Origin: Escherichia phage REP8
Strand: one strand, 5' to 3'
DNA length: 64,000 nt
Sequence record: OQ174507.1
Positions 7,162 through 16,902 of the stretch are shown one piece after another (position 1 is the stretch's first letter; the number at the start of each line of letters is the position of its first letter). The translations under genes and the position numbers were made by a program. A model generated the notes under the pieces. That model had not been told where the DNA came from. It made no database searches and saw nothing but the letters and a program-made list of their open reading frames with translations.

Positions 7162-7239
7162 GTTCCAGTATCCCAATTGGCAGAGGATGCAAGCTCAAAC
7201 CTTGTATTAGTGACGGTTCGAATCCGTCTTGGAACACCA
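7162..7239 (+). tRNA. tRNA with anticodon CAA (Leu by anticodon; short variable region)
   Basis: acceptor GTTCCAG/TTGGAAC, anticodon stem GCAAG/CTTGT with loop CTCAAAC, T-arm GACGG-TTCGAAT-CCGTC, A73, CCA encoded. Confidence 0.45.
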
Positions 7240-7258
7240 ATTTTAAGAGGCTATTTAG

Positions 7259-7816
7259 ATGAGATATTTGAAGTATGCTTCATGGATTTTCCTAGCTTTA
7301 CTAGAGCCATTTGCAGCAACCCTAGCAGTCATCTTAGCACCTTTCGTAGTTCCATTCTACAGTGAGAAGAAAGGGCATCTACCTTTTGGATTCAGATGGA
7401 TGGAGACCTATGACAACCCGATTGATGGTGACAAAGGCCACGTTGAGAGATGGGCTAAGATTAGAAAGATTGGTAAGCTCGGTGTTTATATGCAGAGAGT
7501 TGGGTGGCTCTGGAGAAACAAAGCTTATAACTTCTCTTACCATGTATTAGGAAGAGATGTAAAAGATGTTACTAAGTGGAAAGGTAATATCAACGTAAGT
7601 TCTGACCCTGAAGATAATCAGACTGGTTATCTCCTAATGTGGAACAGTAATGCTTGGGGATTATTCGCTTTTATCCCATCAATTAAAGTCTTTGGTAAAC
7701 AGTTTTACTGGAGAATTTATATTGGATGGAAACTAAAAAGCGTTGTCCCAGAAGAAAGAGCATTCTCAAGGGAAAGAGTTATGTTGGCATTCTTTATTCA
7801 TCCACTGAGAAAGTAA
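7259..7816 (+). CDS. hypothetical membrane protein encoded inside the tRNA array
   Basis: 185 aa; AAGAGG RBS 8 nt upstream of ATG; hydrophobic N-terminus (WIFLALLEPFAATLAVILAPFVV). Confidence 0.45.
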   Translation: MRYLKYASWIFLALLEPFAATLAVILAPFVVPFYSEKKGHLPFGFRWMETYDNPIDGDKGHVERWAKIRKIGKLGVYMQRVGWLWRNKAYNFSYHVLGRDVKDVTKWKGNINVSSDPEDNQTGYLLMWNSNAWGLFAFIPSIKVFGKQFYWRIYIGWKLKSVVPEERAFSRERVMLAFFIHPLRK

Positions 7817-7824
7817 AGATTTAA

Positions 7825-7900
7825 AGGGGATTAGTTTACAAGGTTAAAACCTCGGTCTTTGAAATCGAAGAAGTTGGTTCAATTCCAACATCCCCCGCCA
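7825..7900 (+). tRNA. tRNA-Gln (anticodon TTG)
   Basis: anticodon stem TCGGT/ATCGA with loop CTTTGAA, T-arm GTTGG-TTCAATT-CCAAC, CCA encoded. Confidence 0.5.
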
Positions 7901-7902
7901 AT

Positions 7903-7981
7903 GCTCCATTACTCCAATTGGCAGAGAGGCCAGACTTAAAATCTGTGTTATGTATCGGTTCGAATCCGATATGGAGTACCA
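7903..7981 (+). tRNA. tRNA with anticodon TAA (Leu by anticodon)
   Basis: acceptor GCTCCAT/ATGGAGT, anticodon stem CAGA/TCTG with loop CTTAAAA, A73, CCA encoded. Confidence 0.45.
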
Positions 7982-7986
7982 AATTT

Positions 7987-8062
7987 AGCGGTATAGCATA
8001 ACTGGCAATGCAACAGTCTCTGAAGCTGTCCTATTAAGGTTCAAATCCTTATGCCGCTGCCA
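7987..8062 (+). tRNA. tRNA-Gln (anticodon CTG)
   Basis: acceptor AGCGGTA/TGCCGCT, D-stem GCAT/ATGC, anticodon stem ACAGT/GCTGT with loop CTCTGAA, CCA encoded. Confidence 0.55.
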
Positions 8063-8093
8063 CTTCTAAGGATTCTTGCGAGAGTCCTTAAAT

Positions 8094-8169
8094 GTGGCCT
8101 TATCATAAATGGTAATGACCCATGCTGTGAACATGGTCTATACGGGTTCAAATCCCGTAGGTCACCCCA
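8094..8169 (+). tRNA. tRNA-His (anticodon GTG)
   Basis: acceptor GTGGCCT/AGGTCAC, anticodon stem CCATG/CATGG with loop CTGTGAA, C73, CCA encoded. Confidence 0.6.
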
Positions 8170-8174
8170 ATTTA

Positions 8175-8251
8175 TAGTCCAAGTAGCTTATATGGTTAAA
8201 GCGCGTGTCTGAAAAACATGAGAAGAGGGTTCAAATCCCACTGGACTACCA
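8175..8251 (+). tRNA. tRNA-Phe (anticodon GAA)
   Basis: acceptor TAGTCCA/TGGACTA, anticodon stem CGTGT/ACATG with loop CTGAAAA; 3' end register uncertain. Confidence 0.5.
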
Positions 8252-8267
8252 ATTTCAAAGGTGCTTA

Positions 8268-9002
8268 ATGAAAGAGATGACAGAACAAGGTAAGGAGATT
8301 TTTAATCTCTTAAAAACCGGTAAAGGGTTTTCTAATCCCCTTATTACTGGTGCAGCAGTCCTCGGTGGAACCGTAGCTGCTTCTACATCACTTGTAAGCT
8401 CTATTAGTTCTGTAACAGACCCTACAATGAAGGAGAAACTTGTTACTGCTGGACTTACAACAGTCCTTCTAAACAGCTTTACAACAAGCCTTACAAGCAC
8501 TACAGCAACTACTAAGACCCTAACAGACTACGGTCAAAAGTCTATTGATGAGTTTTCATCACGTATGCAGGTAGCAAAGGGATACTCTAATGTTATGGGT
8601 GCAGCAGGAGAACAAGTTGGTTGTACACCATTCAGTGGTATTATGGGTGTTGCTACAGAGTATGGTCAAAAAGCTATTGACATGATGAACAGTACACTAG
8701 ATAGTGTTAATGGTGTGTTAAGTGACTTACAAGATGCTATTGATAAGGGTCTTGATACTGTTTCTGATTTAGCTGAGCAAGCTGTTAGTAAGATTAATGA
8801 AGGTATTTCGAAGATTACAGCTTATGCAGATGAAGTTGTGCAGATGATTGAAGAAGAAGCTGCCCTTATTGCAGAGTACCTTAAAACGAATATCAATGGG
8901 TTCTTAGCAGGTATCTTACCAGACTGGTTTGATGATGCTTGTAAAACTGGTGTGATTGAAACTATTGCAACACCAGAAATGAAGAGCGCATTACAGAAAT
9001 AA
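8268..9002 (+). CDS. hypothetical protein
   Basis: ORF-track frame 8205..9002 begins inside tRNA-Phe; in-frame ATG at 8268 with AAAGG upstream is the more likely start. Confidence 0.4.
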   Translation: MKEMTEQGKEIFNLLKTGKGFSNPLITGAAVLGGTVAASTSLVSSISSVTDPTMKEKLVTAGLTTVLLNSFTTSLTSTTATTKTLTDYGQKSIDEFSSRMQVAKGYSNVMGAAGEQVGCTPFSGIMGVATEYGQKAIDMMNSTLDSVNGVLSDLQDAIDKGLDTVSDLAEQAVSKINEGISKITAYADEVVQMIEEEAALIAEYLKTNINGFLAGILPDWFDDACKTGVIETIATPEMKSALQK

Positions 9003-9004
9003 AT

Positions 9005-9097
9005 GGAAGATTAACCCTAAAAGGTAAGGGAGCAGTTTGCTAAACTGCCAGTAGCTGAGAAATCGGTGTACCAGTTCAAGTCTGGTATCTTCCTCCA
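9005..9097 (+). tRNA. tRNA-Ser (anticodon GCT), long variable arm
   Basis: 93 nt; perfect acceptor GGAAGAT/ATCTTCC, anticodon stem GCAGT/ACTGC with loop TTGCTAA, CCA encoded. Confidence 0.6.
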
Positions 9098-9101
9098 ATT
9101 T

Positions 9102-9177
9102 GAATCCGTGACAGAAATGGCTATGTGCCTGTCTGCAAAACAGGTTTATAAGGGTTCGAGTCCCTTCGGATTCTCCA
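9102..9177 (+). tRNA. tRNA-Cys (anticodon GCA)
   Basis: perfect acceptor GAATCCG/CGGATTC, anticodon stem CCTGT/ACAGG with loop CTGCAAA, CCA encoded. Confidence 0.65.
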
Positions 9178-9339
9178 AATTATTTTACTCTCTCTCAATT
9201 AAAATAATAATAATGCCCTGCTATAAGTATTCTTCCTTTCGCTACCGAAGAGTATTTTTAGACAGGGCTTTTTTACAGAGTTATACTTTATAAGAAGGCT
9301 TATACAGTATGTCTCTGACGTACATTGTGGTTTCTCCTT

Positions 9340-9363
9340 GACGGTCTCTGTGCCGTCTTTTTT
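9340..9363 (+). terminator. rho-independent terminator at the end of the tRNA array
   Basis: GACGG-TCTCTGTG-CCGTC followed by TTTTTT. Confidence 0.55.
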
Positions 9364-9399
9364 AAGGGGAAACAATATTAATTATTTGGAGAAAACATA

Positions 9400-9600
9400 A
9401 TGAGCGAGAACGTTTATAAAGAACTTTATGAAGCTAACAAGAAGTTAGAGTTTATGCAGAATACCATCATGGCAATTGCAGACAGATTATCTGTAGCAAC
9501 AGGTATTGATATTAAAGAAGCATCTATGGATGCACTTCTTGATGCTGTTGATGCAAAGTTCGAAGTTAAGAAAGAAGAGACTGCTACAGGCTCTGAATAA
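9400..9600 (+). CDS. hypothetical small protein
   Basis: 66 aa ORF directly upstream of the large terminase. Confidence 0.3.
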   Translation: MSENVYKELYEANKKLEFMQNTIMAIADRLSVATGIDIKEASMDALLDAVDAKFEVKKEETATGSE

Positions 9601-9621
9601 TTCTATTTGCGGAGGTGCTTA

Positions 9622-11223
9622 ATGGACTTAAATGCTGTTAAGCAGAAGCGAGTGGAAGATGTTAGGAAAGTCCTAGCTGGAGAGTTGGGGCTTTCTGATG
9701 AAGTAAAAGAAATTATCAAATCGTTCGGTAAAGACCCCTCTAAATTCCTTCCAACTCAAATTCTGACTTTATTAAGATATACACCAGACCAAGTTCGCCT
9801 CATCTTTAAATTGATGACTGATAAGAACTATGTAGCCCCTCAACCGGGTTCTCAAGAGGTGTTTTTAAACACTAATGCTGACTTGGTTCTCTATGGTGGT
9901 GCTGCTGGTGCTGGTAAGACTGCCGCATTGTTAATGGACTCTTTAAGATTTATTGAAGACCCTAACTATAATGCTGTATATTTCCGTCGAAATACAACAC
10001 AGTTACAAGGTGGTTTATGGCCTGCTGCAAAGAAACTATTTGGTAAGTTTGGTGGGATTCCTCATGAGCAGAAAATGACTATCACATTCCCTTCTGGGGC
10101 AACTATCAAGTTTACCTACCTAGAACTTGAAAAGCACGCTGAAGGTCATCAGGGTATTGAATACTCAGCTATTTACTTTGACGAAGGTACACACTTCTCT
10201 GCTTCACAGATTTCATACCTACAAACCCGTCTACGTTCTGGTGCTGAAGGTGATTCATACATGAAGATTTCCATGAACCCAGACAGAGACCACTTTATTT
10301 ACGATTGGGTAGAACCATTCTTAGACGAAGAAGGTTATCCAGACCCTGAAAAGTGTGGTCGTATTCGTTGGTATGTAATGAACGATGGTGTGATGGTTTC
10401 TGATTGGGAGAGAGACAAGATTCTTGAAATGTTCCCTCTTGAGATTCCTCAAACATACACCTTCATCTCTGGTACGATTGATGATAACCCAATTCTTGAC
10501 TTCTTAGAGCCAAAGTATCGCGGTAAGCTTGAAAACAACACTCCTGTAAACGTTGCAAGACTTCGTTTCGGTAACTGGAAGGCTCGTGCAGAAGGTTCAA
10601 ACTATTGGCAAAGACAATGGTGTGAAATTGTTGATTCACTCCCAGAAGATGTATTTGATGTTAGAGCATGGGACTTAGCAGCAACTTTACCATCTGAGGT
10701 TAACCCTAATCCAGACTGGACAGCAGGTGTTAAGATGGGTAAATCTAAAAAAGACGGTTGCTATTATATCATTGATGTAGTAAGATTTAGAGATAGACCC
10801 TCTGGAGTCGAAACACAAATTAATTTGACTGCTGAAAGTGACGGTAAGCGAACTGGTATTTTTATCCCTCAAGACCCAGGCGCTGCTGGTAAATCCTATG
10901 CAACATCCCTCATCAGGAAACTTGCCGAGAAAGGTTATCGCGCAAGAGCTAAACCAACAAATAAAGATAAAGTTACCCGCTTTGCGGGATTTTCTGCTGC
11001 TTCTGAAGCTGGACTTGTAAAAGTCTTGAGAGGTAGTTGGAACGAAGCTTACTTTCAAGAACTTGAAGGTTTTTGTGGTGATGGCAAAACTAAAGATGAC
11101 CAAGTGGATGCTACCAGTGATGCTTTCAACAGTCTTAACGAAGTTAAATTATTCAAGCCACCATCAATGGGTGCTCACACAGACTTAGTGAGAGGAAACC
11201 CATACGAGGGGCTTAGACGTTGA
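9622..11223 (+). CDS. terminase large subunit
   Basis: Walker A-like GGAAGAGKT and DEGTHF; GGAGG RBS 6 nt upstream of ATG 9622; ORF-track frame starts at 9607 (TTG). Confidence 0.75.
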   Translation: MDLNAVKQKRVEDVRKVLAGELGLSDEVKEIIKSFGKDPSKFLPTQILTLLRYTPDQVRLIFKLMTDKNYVAPQPGSQEVFLNTNADLVLYGGAAGAGKTAALLMDSLRFIEDPNYNAVYFRRNTTQLQGGLWPAAKKLFGKFGGIPHEQKMTITFPSGATIKFTYLELEKHAEGHQGIEYSAIYFDEGTHFSASQISYLQTRLRSGAEGDSYMKISMNPDRDHFIYDWVEPFLDEEGYPDPEKCGRIRWYVMNDGVMVSDWERDKILEMFPLEIPQTYTFISGTIDDNPILDFLEPKYRGKLENNTPVNVARLRFGNWKARAEGSNYWQRQWCEIVDSLPEDVFDVRAWDLAATLPSEVNPNPDWTAGVKMGKSKKDGCYYIIDVVRFRDRPSGVETQINLTAESDGKRTGIFIPQDPGAAGKSYATSLIRKLAEKGYRARAKPTNKDKVTRFAGFSAASEAGLVKVLRGSWNEAYFQELEGFCGDGKTKDDQVDATSDAFNSLNEVKLFKPPSMGAHTDLVRGNPYEGLRR

Positions 11224-11239
11224 TAGCTAGGTGAGAAGA

Positions 11240-12706
11240 ATGGCAGAAATTACAGAAACACAAGAAAGCTTACCACCATTTAGAATGGGTGAAGTAGGTT
11301 CTTTGGGTCTGAAGGTTAAGAATGGTAGAATCTATGAAGAACCTCGTCAGGCACTAAGGTTCCCTGAAAGTATTAAAACTTTCCAATTAATGATGCGTGA
11401 CCCTGCTGTAGCAGCATCTGTAAATATTATTAAGATGTTTGTCAGAAAAGTCAACTGGAGATTCGTACCTCCAAAGGGAAAAGAGCAAGACCCTAAAATG
11501 CTTGAAAGAGCAGACTTCTTTAATTCTTTAATGGATGACATGGAGCATGATTGGGCAGATTTTATTAACTCTGTAATGTCATTCTGCACTTATGGGTTCT
11601 GTGTTAACGAAAAGGTTTATAAGAAACGTCAGGGTAAAAAAGGAAAGTACCAGTCAAAATTTGATGATGGTCTAATTGGATGGGCTAAATTACCAATCAG
11701 AAACCAATCAACACTTGATAAGTGGTATTTTGACGAAGACTTTAGAAAAGTTACTGGTGTCAGACAAAATCTAAGAAATGTTTCACATGTTGCTGGAGCA
11801 ATTAATCTTGGAGAAAGACCACTAACAAGAAAACTCCCACGAGCTAAATTCATGCTGTTTAAGTATGATGATGAGTATGGTAACCCAGAAGGTCGTTCAC
11901 CATTGCTTAATGCTTATGTACCGTGGAAGTATAAAGTACAGATTGAAGAGTATGAAGCTGTTGGTGTTTCAAGAGACTTAGTAGGTATGCCAAAGATTGG
12001 TTTACCACCAGATTATCTGGATGAAAATGCAGAACCTGAAAAGAAAGCTTTCGTACAATACTGTAAAACTGTTGTTAATGATATGATTGCTAACGACAGA
12101 GCAGGTTTAATCTGGCCTAGATATATCGACCCAGATACTAAAGAGGATATTTTTGAGTTCTCATTAGTTTCTAGACAGGGTGCTAAAGCATATGACACAG
12201 GCTCTATCATTGACAGATATTCTAAGCAGATTATGATGGCATTTATGTCAGATGTTCTTGCTATGGGTCAGTCAAAATACGGTTCATTCTCTCTTGCAGA
12301 TTCTAAGACAAGCTTATTAGCAATGTCAGTAGATATTCTGCTGAAGCAAATTAAGAACGTAATTAACCGTGACTTAGTTGCACAGACTTATGCTCTTAAT
12401 ATGTGGGATGATGAAGAACATGTGCAAATCACATATGATGATATCGAAACTCCAGACCTTGAAGCAATTGGTTCTTATATTCAGAAGACTGTTGCAGTAG
12501 GTGCTTTGGAAGTTGACAAAGAGCTATCTAACAAGCTTAGAGAGCATATTGGTCTTCCTCCTGCTGATGAGTCTCAGCCAGTATCTGAAAAGCTTTCTCC
12601 GAATAGCCAAAGCCGTTCAGGAGATGGTTATAAGACCGCTGGAGAAGGTACTGCAAAGACACCTTCAGCGAAAGACCCAAGCACAGCAAATAAGGCAAAT
12701 AAATAA
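11240..12706 (+). CDS. portal protein
   Basis: ~490 aa ORF immediately after the terminase; conserved head-module order. Confidence 0.6.
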   Translation: MAEITETQESLPPFRMGEVGSLGLKVKNGRIYEEPRQALRFPESIKTFQLMMRDPAVAASVNIIKMFVRKVNWRFVPPKGKEQDPKMLERADFFNSLMDDMEHDWADFINSVMSFCTYGFCVNEKVYKKRQGKKGKYQSKFDDGLIGWAKLPIRNQSTLDKWYFDEDFRKVTGVRQNLRNVSHVAGAINLGERPLTRKLPRAKFMLFKYDDEYGNPEGRSPLLNAYVPWKYKVQIEEYEAVGVSRDLVGMPKIGLPPDYLDENAEPEKKAFVQYCKTVVNDMIANDRAGLIWPRYIDPDTKEDIFEFSLVSRQGAKAYDTGSIIDRYSKQIMMAFMSDVLAMGQSKYGSFSLADSKTSLLAMSVDILLKQIKNVINRDLVAQTYALNMWDDEEHVQITYDDIETPDLEAIGSYIQKTVAVGALEVDKELSNKLREHIGLPPADESQPVSEKLSPNSQSRSGDGYKTAGEGTAKTPSAKDPSTANKANK

Positions 12707-13206
12707 TGGCTGAAGTTATCTCTATTTCAAATGCTACACGAGTGCATTCGTATAGAGGTGTCCTTATCATTACTGATAAGTTATCTGTAGAGGCTGGCTC
12801 AAGGGTCAGCCTTTCAGGTTATGTTAGTGATGGTGGAGTCTCTGACGTTTTCACTATTTGTAGGTTACTTGATGCACCAATGAGTGGAAAACCGTTTATT
12901 TCAGGAAATTGTAGTGAAATTGTTAAAATTCCATTTGACAGTTCATGCCTTTTGGGTGTAAAGTTATATAACTGCGAGAATAAACGTATCAATGTTAAAA
13001 GCATTGAAGCCGCTTTCATTACCCTCGACACTGCATTTCAATCTCCAATGACAGTTAATAAAGAAACAAACAGACTTGAATACATTTTTTCACAAAATGA
13101 TTACAAAGTACTTGTCAAAGGTAAAGTATATGATATGATTGTAAATGTGGTAGATGAATCTGGTAACCATTCAACAGTCCTTAAACAAAAAGTAAGGTTT
13201 AATTAA
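12706..13206 (+). CDS. hypothetical head-module protein
   Basis: 166 aa, start overlaps portal stop. Confidence 0.35.
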   Translation: MAEVISISNATRVHSYRGVLIITDKLSVEAGSRVSLSGYVSDGGVSDVFTICRLLDAPMSGKPFISGNCSEIVKIPFDSSCLLGVKLYNCENKRINVKSIEAAFITLDTAFQSPMTVNKETNRLEYIFSQNDYKVLVKGKVYDMIVNVVDESGNHSTVLKQKVRFN

Positions 13207-13538
13207 TGGGAACATTAACTATTGATGGTAAGAATAAAATCCTCGCCACGCTAACCCCAACGACTATTATTTTACACAATGTAGACCCAACGGCAGACCC
13301 TACAGCAAATAAGGTTACTCAGCCAGTGGCTATTTATTTTTCTGAACCGGATAATGGCTTAATTGCCTCAGAAGACACAGTTAATATTACTGTTCCAGCT
13401 TCTGCAACGGTCTCACACTATAGCTTGTGGGATGCTAACGATAAATGCGTGGCAACTGGTGCTCTTAGCAAACCTCAATTCTTTGCTGAAGAAGGTATCT
13501 ATGTTATCTCTTCAGTCTCTGTAGATTTAAACAAATAG
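13206..13538 (+). CDS. hypothetical head-module protein
   Basis: 110 aa, ATGA start/stop overlap. Confidence 0.35.
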   Translation: MGTLTIDGKNKILATLTPTTIILHNVDPTADPTANKVTQPVAIYFSEPDNGLIASEDTVNITVPASATVSHYSLWDANDKCVATGALSKPQFFAEEGIYVISSVSVDLNK

Positions 13539-13549
13539 GGTGAGTAAAA

Positions 13550-14896
13550 ATGAGTTCGAATATCTTCAGACTTGCTGATAGATTATTCAACCAACCTTTA
13601 CTAGCCACTGAATCATTAGCTCACTCAGCAGCAACTTATGTGAATAACAGATTGCTGGGTGATGTCCAAGCAGCAGTAAACTTTGATAAACCCAAAGGTG
13701 AAGCAAGAAGTCTTTTAAAAGTAAAAGATGACATTGCTATTATCCCTATTATGGGTGGTTTAACCCATCGTATGACATTCATTGATGCAATGTGTACAGG
13801 TGGATTAAGCTCTTATGAGGGTTTACGTAGAGGCTTTGACGAAGCTTTAGCAGATGAGTCAATCAAGACTATTGTTCTGCACATTGATTCTGGTGGTGGT
13901 GAAGCTTCAGGTTGCTTTGAATTAGCACGTCACATCATGGCTTCAAGAGGCCAAAAGAAAATTATTGCTTATGTAGATGAGTTCGCTTGTTCCGCTGCAT
14001 ATGCTCTTGCATCTTCTGCTGAAGAAATTATTGCATCACCAGATGCAGATGTTGGTTCTATCGGTGTAATCATGGTTCATCAGGAATTAACTAAGGCATT
14101 TGAAAAGAATGGCGTAACAATCAACGTCATCAAAGCTGGTGAGTTTAAAGGTATGGGTTCACCATTCCAAGCACTTTCAGAAGAAAGCAAAGAAAGACTT
14201 CAAAAGAGAATTAATGATACCTACGCAACCTTTACAGGTTTTGTAGCCGAATCTCGTAATCTCTCTGAAGAAGCTGTAAAGAATACTGAGGCGAATGTTT
14301 ATTCTGCTCAGGAAGCTCTTGAACTTGGTTTAATTAACTCAATCATGTCTCAAGATGATTTCTTAAATTACTTACAAGGTTCTGAAGAGGCTCCTGTAAG
14401 TTTAAACGTTAACAATTCAGGTGAAGAAATGACTGAACAAGAAAAGCAAGAACTAGAAGCTTTGCGTCTTCAGGTTGCTCAAATGAAAGCTAAAGAACAG
14501 GAAGCTGCTTTGTCAGATTTGACTAATAAGATTTCTGCTTCTGCTGAAGCTTTTGGATTTGATGCAAAAGAAGCTGCAACGACTATTTTAGGTGCTGGTC
14601 TTGATAACCCTCTGAGTGTTCTGTTTATGAATGCTATGGAAGGTGCTAACCAGAAACTTAATGAAACTATCGCGTCCCATGCTTCTGCAATGGAAGAAAA
14701 AGAATCAGAAATTACCAAGCTGAAAGAAACTGCTGGTGCTGTTCTTGAACATTCCAACGCTATGGAAGAAGTGGGTAATGACGGCGAAGCTGATTTGGTT
14801 GAAGAAGAAAAAGAACCAGCTAAGAATGCTTCCGAAGACACCGCTGAACAACGCAAACTGGCTCTCCAGAATGCTCTAAAATCTCTTATCAAATAA
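13550..14896 (+). CDS. prohead protease (S49/SppA-like) with C-terminal scaffold-like coiled coil
   Basis: IVLHIDSGGGEASG...YVDEFACSAAYALAS resembles S49 serine peptidases; Glu/Ala/Lys-rich C-terminal third. Confidence 0.6.
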   Translation: MSSNIFRLADRLFNQPLLATESLAHSAATYVNNRLLGDVQAAVNFDKPKGEARSLLKVKDDIAIIPIMGGLTHRMTFIDAMCTGGLSSYEGLRRGFDEALADESIKTIVLHIDSGGGEASGCFELARHIMASRGQKKIIAYVDEFACSAAYALASSAEEIIASPDADVGSIGVIMVHQELTKAFEKNGVTINVIKAGEFKGMGSPFQALSEESKERLQKRINDTYATFTGFVAESRNLSEEAVKNTEANVYSAQEALELGLINSIMSQDDFLNYLQGSEEAPVSLNVNNSGEEMTEQEKQELEALRLQVAQMKAKEQEAALSDLTNKISASAEAFGFDAKEAATTILGAGLDNPLSVLFMNAMEGANQKLNETIASHASAMEEKESEITKLKETAGAVLEHSNAMEEVGNDGEADLVEEEKEPAKNASEDTAEQRKLALQNALKSLIK

Positions 14897-14907
14897 GGAA
14901 CACAATA

Positions 14908-15285
14908 ATGGCATATCAAGGTTTTACTAAGTTAGGTAAAAGAGAACCTCTGAATGATATCATTCTTTGGGAACAGGTTACCCCAACAGGCCACTCTCGT
15001 AAAGAGTACACTCCAGTTGCTTCAACAGAATACCGTGTAGGTGAAGTTCTGAAAGCAGATGGTACTAAGGTTACAGCAGGGCAAGAAGCTCAGGCTGATT
15101 CAGTATGTATCGTTAACTTTTATGCAGACTCACAACTGTCTTATCATGGTCAGTTGAAAGTGGTAGGCATCTACCGCGATGCAGAACTGAAAGACATGCT
15201 TACTCTTGAAGCAAGCGTTAATGCTGATGAAGTCAAGAAAGCTCTGGCTGCTAAAGGTATTGATTTCGTACCAACTGGCCTGTAA
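14908..15285 (+). CDS. possible head decoration protein
   Basis: 125 aa ORF between protease and capsid gene (lambda gpD-like position). Confidence 0.35.
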   Translation: MAYQGFTKLGKREPLNDIILWEQVTPTGHSRKEYTPVASTEYRVGEVLKADGTKVTAGQEAQADSVCIVNFYADSQLSYHGQLKVVGIYRDAELKDMLTLEASVNADEVKKALAAKGIDFVPTGL

Positions 15286-15318
15286 TAACAATAATAAGAC
15301 ATTCTGGAGAATTTTACA

Positions 15319-16431
15319 ATGTTGACTAATTCTGAAAAAAGCAGATTTTTCCTTGCTGACCTGACTGGTGAAGTCCAGTCTATCCCAAATACTTATGGGT
15401 ATATTTCCAACTTAGGTCTGTTCCGTTCAGCACCAATCACCCAAACTACTTTCCTGATGGACTTGACTGATTGGGATGTTAGCTTGCTTGATGCGGTAGA
15501 CCGTGATAGCCGTAAAGCAGAGACTAGCGCACCTGAGCGTGTTCGTCAAATCAGCTTCCCGATGATGTACTTCAAAGAAGTTGAAAGCATTACTCCTGAT
15601 GAGATTCAGGGTGTGCGTCAGCCAGGCACTGCAAACGAACTGACTACTGAAGCTGTAGTACGTGCTAAGAAGCTGATGAAGATTCGTACCAAGTTCGATA
15701 TTACTCGTGAGTTCCTGTTTATGCAAGCTCTGAAGGGTAAAGTTGTTGATGCTCGTGGTACTCTGTACGCTGACCTGTACAAGCAGTTCGACGTTGAGAA
15801 GAAGACTATTCACTTCGACCTTGACAACCCTAATGCTGACATCGACGCTTCTATCGAAGAACTGCGTATGCACATGGAAGATGAAGCTAAGACTGGCACT
15901 GTAATCAACGGTGAAGAAATTCACGTAGTTGTTGACCGTGTATTCTTCAGCAAACTGACTAAGCATCCTAAGATTCGTGACGCTTATCTTGCACAGCAGA
16001 CTCCACTGGCTTGGCAACAGATTACTGGTTCTCTGAGAACTGGTGGTACTGACGGCGTTCAGGCTCATATGAACACCTTCTACTACGGTGGTGTTAAGTT
16101 TGTCCAGTACAACGGTAAGTTCAAAGACAAGCGTGGTAAGGTTCACACTCTGGTTAGCATTGATGGTGTTACTCAGGATGGAACTGTAGGTGTAGGACAT
16201 GCTTTCCCTAACGTATCTATGCTTGGTGAAGCTAACAACATCTTCGAAGTTGCATATGGTCCATGTCCTAAGATGGGTTATGCGAATACACTTGGTCAGG
16301 AACTGTACGTATTCGAATACGAAAAAGACCGTGACGAAGGTATTGACTTTGAAGCTCACTCTTACATGCTGCCATACTGCACACGTCCTCAGTTGCTGGT
16401 AGATGTTCGTTCTGACGCTAAAGGCGAATAA
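15319..16431 (+). CDS. major capsid protein
   Basis: 370 aa; GGAG RBS; position after protease/decoration genes. Confidence 0.6.
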   Translation: MLTNSEKSRFFLADLTGEVQSIPNTYGYISNLGLFRSAPITQTTFLMDLTDWDVSLLDAVDRDSRKAETSAPERVRQISFPMMYFKEVESITPDEIQGVRQPGTANELTTEAVVRAKKLMKIRTKFDITREFLFMQALKGKVVDARGTLYADLYKQFDVEKKTIHFDLDNPNADIDASIEELRMHMEDEAKTGTVINGEEIHVVVDRVFFSKLTKHPKIRDAYLAQQTPLAWQQITGSLRTGGTDGVQAHMNTFYYGGVKFVQYNGKFKDKRGKVHTLVSIDGVTQDGTVGVGHAFPNVSMLGEANNIFEVAYGPCPKMGYANTLGQELYVFEYEKDRDEGIDFEAHSYMLPYCTRPQLLVDVRSDAKGE

Positions 16432-16452
16432 TATTCTTAAGGAGGGTTATGA

Positions 16453-16902
16453 ATGTGTTATACAGGCGACCCAGCCAATAACCCTCTTGATAGAGTAAGA
16501 ATCCTCTGCACAGACACCAATAATGATGAAATTCTTATTGAACAGTCTGTGCTAGAGTGGTTCTATCTAGAATCTGGAAAGGATGAAAAGAAAGCAGCCA
16601 TCAAAGCTCTTAAATATTTACTCTTTCAAGTAGCCAAGATGGGAGATGAGAAGGTTGGTGGTGTTTATTTACGTAACTCTTCCAGATTCAAGTCTCTGAA
16701 AGCTGTTTATGACGACCTTGTTAAAAGCTCTGTTTCAGGACTACCCTATGCAGGTGGTATTAACCAGTGTGATATTGACATGCGTCGTCATAATCCTTGC
16801 TCTGTCAAGAAATACACAGAATATGGTGATGCTGCCAGATACGAAGGCAGAGATTACTGCAACCGTGTTAATGGCGTATTTATTATCGAGCGAGATGAAT
16901 AA
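16453..16902 (+). CDS. head-tail joining protein (hypothetical)
   Basis: 149 aa, position. Confidence 0.3.
   Translation: MCYTGDPANNPLDRVRILCTDTNNDEILIEQSVLEWFYLESGKDEKKAAIKALKYLLFQVAKMGDEKVGGVYLRNSSRFKSLKAVYDDLVKSSVSGLPYAGGINQCDIDMRRHNPCSVKKYTEYGDAARYEGRDYCNRVNGVFIIERDE

Noticed and set aside
5152-7365. ORF-track entries overlapping tRNA genes (5152..5382, 5468..5773, 6857..7066, 7177..7365) and 9066..9293
   Set aside because: They run through or antisense to well-formed tRNA cloverleaves and translate to low-complexity peptides; treated as chance ORFs.
15427-16359. 310 aa antisense ORF inside the major capsid gene
   Set aside because: Low-complexity translation with no RBS, on the opposite strand to every neighbouring structural gene; the plus-strand ORF has an RBS and the expected position.
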